A stretch of 64,000 bases of DNA from an uncultured delta proteobacterium (GTDB lineage Bacteria > Desulfobacterota > Binatia > JACPRU01): contig CAVUWD010000014.1 of the NCBI GenBank assembly GCA_963745025.1, positions 64,001 to 128,000 on the forward strand, given 5' to 3'. The notes under the pieces were generated by a model that had not been told where the DNA came from, ran no database searches, and was given only the letters and a program-made list of their open reading frames with translations. Shown one piece after another: positions 52,914-64,000 of the stretch. Each line of letters begins with the position of its first letter. The stretch's first letter is position 1. The translations under genes and the position numbers were made by a program.

Positions 52914-53698
52914 GCCACCCCGTTCCTCGCCAAGTGACGCTCGAGCCAGGCGGCACAGTCCTCGAGCAGGGTCTCGAGATCGGACGGCTTCGAGAAGCGG
53001 TGATCCGCCCCGGGGTAGATCTTCAGGAGATGCTCGCCGCCGAGCGCGGCGGCGATTTCCTCGGCATCGGAGCACGGCACGACGCGATCCGCGTCGCCGT
53101 GAGCGAGAAACGTCGGGCAAGCGATCCTCCGGCACGCGCCGATCACGTCGAGCGTTTCGACGTCGTCGAGAAACGATCGCTTCAAGCGCACGCCGCCGAG
53201 CGACAAGATTCCTTCCGTCCGCCAGCGCTCGAGCTCGGCCGGACGAAGCTCGGCAAGCGCGCGGGCGGGGCGCGCGACCGCGGCGATCGTCGCCAGCGCG
53301 CGCACGCGCGGCTCCGCCGCCGCGAACAGCAGCGCCACAGCCCCCCCCATGCTCGAGCCGAGGAGACCGATCGGTCCGCCGACTCGCGTGCGAAAGAAAT
53401 CCCAGGCGCCGACGAGGTCGTCGACTTCGCCGCGAAACGTCAGATCCGCGAATTCGCCCTCGGACTCGCCGACGTAGGAGAAGTCGAAGCGCAGGACGGA
53501 CATGCCGGCCCTCGACAGCCGTTCACCGAGGAGCCTTTGCTTCGCTCCGTCCTTCGTCGACTCCATGCCATGGCAGAGAATCACGCCGGCAGGGGAACCG
53601 GCGGCGCCTTCGCCGGCCGCGGTGTGAACGACGCCCACGAGGCGGTTGCCGCGGCGGCTCGCGAAGGCTACGCGTTCTTCAGCCTGCATTGCTGCCAC
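52910..53698 (-). CDS. Alpha/beta serine hydrolase
   Basis: CHGM, RFDF, GSSMGG, HGDAD, GADH. Confidence 0.88.
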   Translation of the reverse strand: MAAMQAEERVAFASRRGNRLVGVVHTAAGEGAAGSPAGVILCHGMESTKDGAKQRLLGERLSRAGMSVLRFDFSYVGESEGEFADLTFRGEVDDLVGAWDFFRTRVGGPIGLLGSSMGGAVALLFAAAEPRVRALATIAAVARPARALAELRPAELERWRTEGILSLGGVRLKRSFLDDVETLDVIGACRRIACPTFLAHGDADRVVPCSDAEEIAAALGGEHLLKIYPGADHRFSKPSDLETLLEDCAAWLERHLARNGVA

Positions 53699-53756
53699 GC
53701 AGCGGCACAGCTACCATAGGCTCGCGCACGCGGCTATTCCCGCAAGGGCACGTGTC

Positions 53757-54647
53757 ATGCGCGAGGAGATCGAACTCTACATGCACCACCTGCGCGCCGA
53801 GCGGCACGTCTCTCCGCACACGCTGCGGAGCTACCGAAGCGACCTCGAGGAGCTGCGGACGTTTCTCGCTCCGGACGGCCCGAAGCCCGGCGACGTCAGC
53901 GTCGGGAGGGTCTCGATCGACGATCTGCGAGCCTACGCGGCCGCGAAGCTCCGCTCGTCACGGCGCGCGACCGTGTCTCGGAAGGTGGCGGCGATCCGCG
54001 GCTTCTTTTCGTTTCTCGTCGGCTCCGGCAAGGTCCGCCGTAACCCCGCCGCCGAGCTCGTCGCCCCGAAGATCGAGAAGCGGCTACCGGTCTTCCTGCC
54101 GATCGACGATACCGAGCGCCTGCTGAACGGCATGACGGACGGCGATGCCTGGGCCGAGCGCGACCGGGCGATTCTCGAGACGCTCTATTCTTCGGGGCTT
54201 CGCGTGAGCGAGCTCACCGGGCTCGACTGGCAACACGTGGACTTCGAGAACGAATGCGTGCGCGTCTTCGGCAAAGGGCGCAAAGAGCGCATCGTGCCGA
54301 TCGGCGAGGTCGCCCTCGACGCGCTCCGATCCTTCCGCAAACGGCTGCGCGACGACGGCATCGAGACGGCCGCCGTGTTCGTCAACCGCCGCGGCGGGCG
54401 CCTGACGACGCGAAGCGTGGGCCGCTTCGTCAAGCGCTATGCGCTTCGCTCCGGCACCCCGGTTGCGGCGAGCCCCCATTCGCTGCGGCACAGCTTCGCC
54501 ACCCATCTCCTGAACCAGGGCGCGGATCTGCGCTCGATCCAGGAGCTGCTCGGCCACTCGAGCCTCTCGACCACGCAGCGCTACACGCACGTGAACCTCG
54601 ATCATCTCATGCAGGCCTACGATGGTGCGCATCCCCGAGCGAAGTGA
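53757..54647 (+). CDS. xerC: Tyrosine recombinase XerC
   Basis: [27 protein letters not shown]...TTQRYTH; upstream of hslVU. Confidence 0.92.
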   Translation: MREEIELYMHHLRAERHVSPHTLRSYRSDLEELRTFLAPDGPKPGDVSVGRVSIDDLRAYAAAKLRSSRRATVSRKVAAIRGFFSFLVGSGKVRRNPAAELVAPKIEKRLPVFLPIDDTERLLNGMTDGDAWAERDRAILETLYSSGLRVSELTGLDWQHVDFENECVRVFGKGRKERIVPIGEVALDALRSFRKRLRDDGIETAAVFVNRRGGRLTTRSVGRFVKRYALRSGTPVAASPHSLRHSFATHLLNQGADLRSIQELLGHSSLSTTQRYTHVNLDHLMQAYDGAHPRAK

Positions 54648-54705
54648 GGGCGGGCGCGGGGACTCCCCCTCGCCCGCCCTCTCCACCACGGCAGAGGCGA
54701 CCCGC

Positions 54706-55236
54706 GTGCGGGCAACCACGATCCTTGCCGTGCGCCACAAGGGAAAAGTGGTGATCGCCGGCGACGGCCAGGTGAGCCTCGGCCAGACGGTGATCAAGCG
54801 CCGCGCGCGCAAGGTGCGCCGGCTCTTCGAGGGCAAGGTCCTCGCCGGCTTCGCCGGCGGAACCGCGGACGCGCTGACGCTCTTCGAGAAGTTCGAGGCC
54901 AAGCTCGAGCAGTATCACGGCAACCTGAAGCGCGCGGCCGTCGAGCTCGCCAAGGATTGGCGAACCGACCGGGTGCTGCGGCGGCTCGAGGCGCTGCTGA
55001 TCGTCGCCGATCGCGACGCTTCGCTGCTCGTCTCCGGCAACGGCGACGTGATCGAGCCCGACGACGGGATCCTCGCCATCGGCTCGGGCGGAAACTTCGC
55101 GCTCGCGGCGGCGCGCGCGCTCGCGCTGCACTCGAGCCTCGATGCGCGCGCCATCGCCGAGGAAGCGATGAAGCACGCGGCGGCGCTCTGCGTCTACACG
55201 AACGAGGCGATCGTCATCGAAGAGCTCGCGGAGTAG
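54706..55236 (+). CDS. hslV: ATP-dependent protease peptidase subunit HslV
   Basis: TTILAV N-terminal Thr, GDGQVS, GSGG, CVYTN. Confidence 0.95.
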   Translation: MRATTILAVRHKGKVVIAGDGQVSLGQTVIKRRARKVRRLFEGKVLAGFAGGTADALTLFEKFEAKLEQYHGNLKRAAVELAKDWRTDRVLRRLEALLIVADRDASLLVSGNGDVIEPDDGILAIGSGGNFALAAARALALHSSLDARAIAEEAMKHAAALCVYTNEAIVIEELAE

Positions 55237-55246
55237 GATTCCCTCC

Positions 55247-61335
<6,089 letters not shown>

Positions 61336-61384
61336 CGCCTCCCTTTCGTCGCTCTCATGGTCCATATGGTCCATACTGAGCAAC

Positions 61385-61726
61385 GTGGGTACGCGCAGCT
61401 TTCGCCCGACCAGACGCCGGCGCGTGCCGAGCGCCGACGACATCGACCGCGTGATCCGCGAAGCGAAAGCAGCGGCGCGAGCCCGCGGGCTCGACTACCG
61501 CGCCCGCTCGCTCGCGCTCCACGGCTGGATCTGCGCGCGCTGTGCGCGCGAGTTCGACGAGGCGAATCTCCATCTGCTGACCGTGCACCACAAGGACGGG
61601 AACCACGAGAACAACCCTCCCGACGGCCGCAACTGGGAGAACCTCTGCGCCGACTGCCACGAGGCCGAGCACACGCGCGGGCTGCTCGGTGACTACCTCA
61701 CCGGCAAGGCGCCGCGAAAATCTTGA
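61385..61726 (+). CDS. yajD: YajD-family HNH nuclease
   Basis: WICARCAREF, LTVHHKDGNHENNPPDGRNWENLCADCH. Confidence 0.88.
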   Translation: MGTRSFRPTRRRRVPSADDIDRVIREAKAAARARGLDYRARSLALHGWICARCAREFDEANLHLLTVHHKDGNHENNPPDGRNWENLCADCHEAEHTRGLLGDYLTGKAPRKS

Positions 61727-61756
61727 CAGCACGCGGTTGGCGTGGCACGTGCCACG
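61723..61756 (+). promoter_or_regulatory. -35 box and perfect 16-bp palindrome upstream of the methyltransferase
   Basis: TTGACA 61723-28; CGTGGCACGTGCCACG 61741-56, 6 nt before ATG 61763. Confidence 0.45.
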
Positions 61757-61762
61757 GTCACC

Positions 61763-62815
61763 ATGGCGATCAATCCGGACAAGCTGAACGAGTTCGTCGC
61801 CAAGGCCGTCGGTGACCTCGGCGCCACTCTCGGCGCCGCGCTCGTCGCGATCGGAGACAAGCTCGGCCTCTACCGGGCGATGAAGGAAGCGCCGGTCACG
61901 TCGGCGGAGCTGGCGAAGAAGACCGACACGCACGAACGGTACGTCCGCGAATGGCTTGCCGCCCAAGCGGCTGGCGGCTACGTCTCCTACGATCCGGAGA
62001 CCAGCCGCTACTTCCTCACCGAGGAGCAGGCGGAGTGTCTCACCAACGAGGAGAGCCCCGCCTGCGTGCTCGGCGGCTTCCAGGCGATGCTAGCCGCCAT
62101 GAAGACCTCGACGAAGGTGATGGACGGGTTCCGCACGGGCAAGGGCGTGGCTTGGCACGAGCATGACGCCGACCTCTTTCGCGGCACGGAGCGCTTCTTC
62201 CGCCCCGGCTACAACGCGAATCTCGCCGGCTCGTGGATTCCCGCTCTCGAAGGCGTCCTCGCGAAGCTCGAGTCGGGCGCGACGGTCGCCGACGTCGGCT
62301 GCGGACACGGCGCGTCGACGATCATCCTCGCCAAGGCCTTCCCCAAGTCGAAGTTCCGCGGCTTCGATTACCACAAGCCCTCGATCGACGCGGCCACCCA
62401 GCGCGCACGCGAGGCCGGCGTCACCGACCGCGTGACGTTCGAGGTCGCCTCTGCCAAGGACTATCCCGGGAGCTACGATCTCGTCGCCTTCTTCGACTGC
62501 CTCCACGACATGGGCGATCCCGTCGGCGCGGCCGCCCACGTGCGACAGTCTCTCGGTCGCGACGGGACCTGGATGCTCGTCGAGCCGTTCGCCAACGACA
62601 CGGTGGAGGAGAATCTGAACCCGATCGGGCGTATCTTCTATTCGGCCTCGACGCTCATCTGCTGCCCTGCCTCGCTCTCGCAGGAGGTCGGCGCCGCGCT
62701 CGGCGCCCAAGCGGGCGAGGCACGGATGCGCGAGGTCATGCAGAAAGCGGGCTTCACGCGGTTCCGGCGCGCAACCCAGACGCCATTCAATCTCGTCTAC
62801 GAGATCAGGCCGTAA
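61763..62815 (+). CDS. SAM-dependent methyltransferase with N-terminal wHTH (Rv2258c-like)
   Basis: IGDKLGLY, ERYVREWL, DVGCGHG, FDCLHDMGDP. Confidence 0.9.
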   Translation: MAINPDKLNEFVAKAVGDLGATLGAALVAIGDKLGLYRAMKEAPVTSAELAKKTDTHERYVREWLAAQAAGGYVSYDPETSRYFLTEEQAECLTNEESPACVLGGFQAMLAAMKTSTKVMDGFRTGKGVAWHEHDADLFRGTERFFRPGYNANLAGSWIPALEGVLAKLESGATVADVGCGHGASTIILAKAFPKSKFRGFDYHKPSIDAATQRAREAGVTDRVTFEVASAKDYPGSYDLVAFFDCLHDMGDPVGAAAHVRQSLGRDGTWMLVEPFANDTVEENLNPIGRIFYSASTLICCPASLSQEVGAALGAQAGEARMREVMQKAGFTRFRRATQTPFNLVYEIRP

Positions 62816-62834
62816 TCGGCTACGGGCTTCAGGC

Positions 62835-62875
62835 TGCTACGGGTAAGACGCCACGGGGTCTTAGCCCGTTAGCCG
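62835..62875. terminator. Hairpin between convergent genes (possible bidirectional terminator)
   Basis: GCTACGGG-TAAGAC...GTCTTA-GCCCGTTAGC stem; no clear U-tract. Confidence 0.4.
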
Positions 62876-62879
62876 CGAT

Positions 62880-63617
62880 TCATCCTTGCAACTGCTTCTT
62901 GAAGAACCCCTTCGTCCGCTCCCAAGCGAGCTTCGCCGCTTCTTCGTTATAGTCGGCGCGCTCGCGACAGAAGAAACCGTGGCCTGCGCCCTTGTACACG
63001 TGGATCTCGTAGTCCTTCTTCTCGCGCACGAGCGCCTGGCGGATTTCCTCGACCGCCGACGGCGGAATGTAAGAGTCGTTCTCGCCGAAGTGAAGCTGGA
63101 TCGCGGCGCGCATCTTCGCGGTGCGCGACACCGGCGCCGCGGCGCCCGGACCGAATTGCTGGCCGGCGATGCCTCCGCCGTAGAACGGGACCGCCGCGCG
63201 GATCGCCGGGACCTCGCAGGCGGCGAGGTAGCTGACGCGACCGCCCATGCAAAAGCCCGTGATGCCGATGCGATCGGCGCGAACGCCGCCGTCCGATTCC
63301 AGCGCGGCGACCGTCGCGCGCACATCGGCGACGATCTGCGCGTCGGTCCAGCGCCCCATCAAACCGATCGCCTGCTGCAGCTCGCCGTACCCCACCGCCG
63401 TGCCGCCTTCGCGGTAATAGAAATTCGGCGCCACCGCGTGGTAGCCCTCCGCGGCGATGCGCTCGGCGATCTCCTGGATGTTCCGGTTGAGGCCGAACGC
63501 CTCCTGCACGACGATCACCGCAGGCAGCTTGGCGCTCAGGCCTTTCGGCCGTGCCACGTGAGCCGACATCGTGCCATCGGGCGTCTTCACGCTCGCGCTT
63601 CGCGTCTCCACGTTCAT
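62880..63617 (-). CDS. Dienelactone hydrolase family protein
   Basis: QEAFG, GFCMGG (Cys nucleophile), GEND, AGHGF; GAGG RBS. Confidence 0.92.
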   Translation of the reverse strand: MNVETRSASVKTPDGTMSAHVARPKGLSAKLPAVIVVQEAFGLNRNIQEIAERIAAEGYHAVAPNFYYREGGTAVGYGELQQAIGLMGRWTDAQIVADVRATVAALESDGGVRADRIGITGFCMGGRVSYLAACEVPAIRAAVPFYGGGIAGQQFGPGAAAPVSRTAKMRAAIQLHFGENDSYIPPSAVEEIRQALVREKKDYEIHVYKGAGHGFFCRERADYNEEAAKLAWERTKGFFKKQLQG

Positions 63618-63809
63618 GGTCTTTCCTCCTCTTCGATCGATGGGTCGCGACCGCAACTATCGCATTCGACCAACGACGCCAACCGACCTTCGGGCAGCGT
63701 CGTCGATTGCTTTCCCTCGTCTACGAAATCGGTGTCTACGAAATCGGCTTGACTACCGGGGTACGACCAGTTACTCGCCGTGGCTGCCACGCGGAAGGAG
63801 GATTCGCGG

Positions 63810-64000
63810 ATGACTGAGCCACTGTCGACGGAACGCACGTTCTTCAGCGCGGGGACCCGCATCCAAGGAACCCTGGAGCTCGACGGAGAGGTCAAGCTCG
63901 AAGGGCAGATCAAAGGCAAGGTGTCGGGTACCGGAGTGGTGATCGTCGGTGAGCAAGCAAATCTCGAAGCGGATGTGTTCGCGCCCTCGATCGTCGTGCA
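63810..64000 (+). CDS. Bactofilin (polymer-forming cytoskeletal protein), runs off the window end
   Basis: MTEPLSTERTFFSAGTRIQGTLELDGEVKLEGQIKGKVSGTGVVIVGEQANLEADV beta-helix pattern; AGGAGG RBS; absent from the ORF track. Confidence 0.85.
   Translation, partial: MTEPLSTERTFFSAGTRIQGTLELDGEVKLEGQIKGKVSGTGVVIVGEQANLEADVFAPSIVV

Noticed and set aside
50139-52937. Long antisense ORFs (e.g. 932 aa here, 885 aa at 32958-35615, 676 aa at 2743-4773)
   Set aside because: They shadow well-supported genes on the opposite strand and have low-information, Arg/Ala/Gly-rich composition
53757-54647. Tyrosine recombinase as a prophage or island integrase
   Set aside because: Its size and xerC-hslV-hslU context indicate housekeeping XerC; no att sites, tRNA or phage genes nearby

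Overview
High-GC bacterial chromosomal window. The xerC-hslV-hslU-argB-argD-argF-argG and mreB-mreC-mreD-mrdA-rodA blocks and the many lipid/CoA-metabolism genes suggest a deltaproteobacterium-like organism (possibly Binatia; inference only). The first ~43 kb is accessory metabolism: SDRs, thiolase/CoA ligases, crotonases, a PQQ quinohemoprotein dehydrogenase, SodC, FabH, an eroded cyclohexanecarboxylate (ali/bad) cluster, FrmA, a Mo-bisPGD oxidoreductase and a desaturase, interspersed with many deletion relics. The last ~20 kb is mostly housekeeping. Several conserved genes (glyQS, mreB, hslU, argB/D/F/G, thiolase, Mo-enzyme) carry frameshifts that look like assembly errors. Most notable observations: (1) a secreted peroxiredoxin whose catalytic Cys codon is an in-frame TGA followed by a SECIS-like hairpin (selenoprotein, missed by the ORF track); (2) a type II quinohemoprotein alcohol dehydrogenase with the lanthanide-type W-D-F-D motif; (3) a ~290-nt TA-flanked rod-like palindrome between hslU and argB with a second partial copy exactly at the breakpoint of a truncated gene (candidate MITE or structured RNA family); (4) a lower-GC triheme cytochrome c beside an IS256 relic; (5) an ali/bad cluster in which the regulator, badH and badI are destroyed while the upstream steps stay intact. 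No rRNA, tRNA or CRISPR array was recognised.
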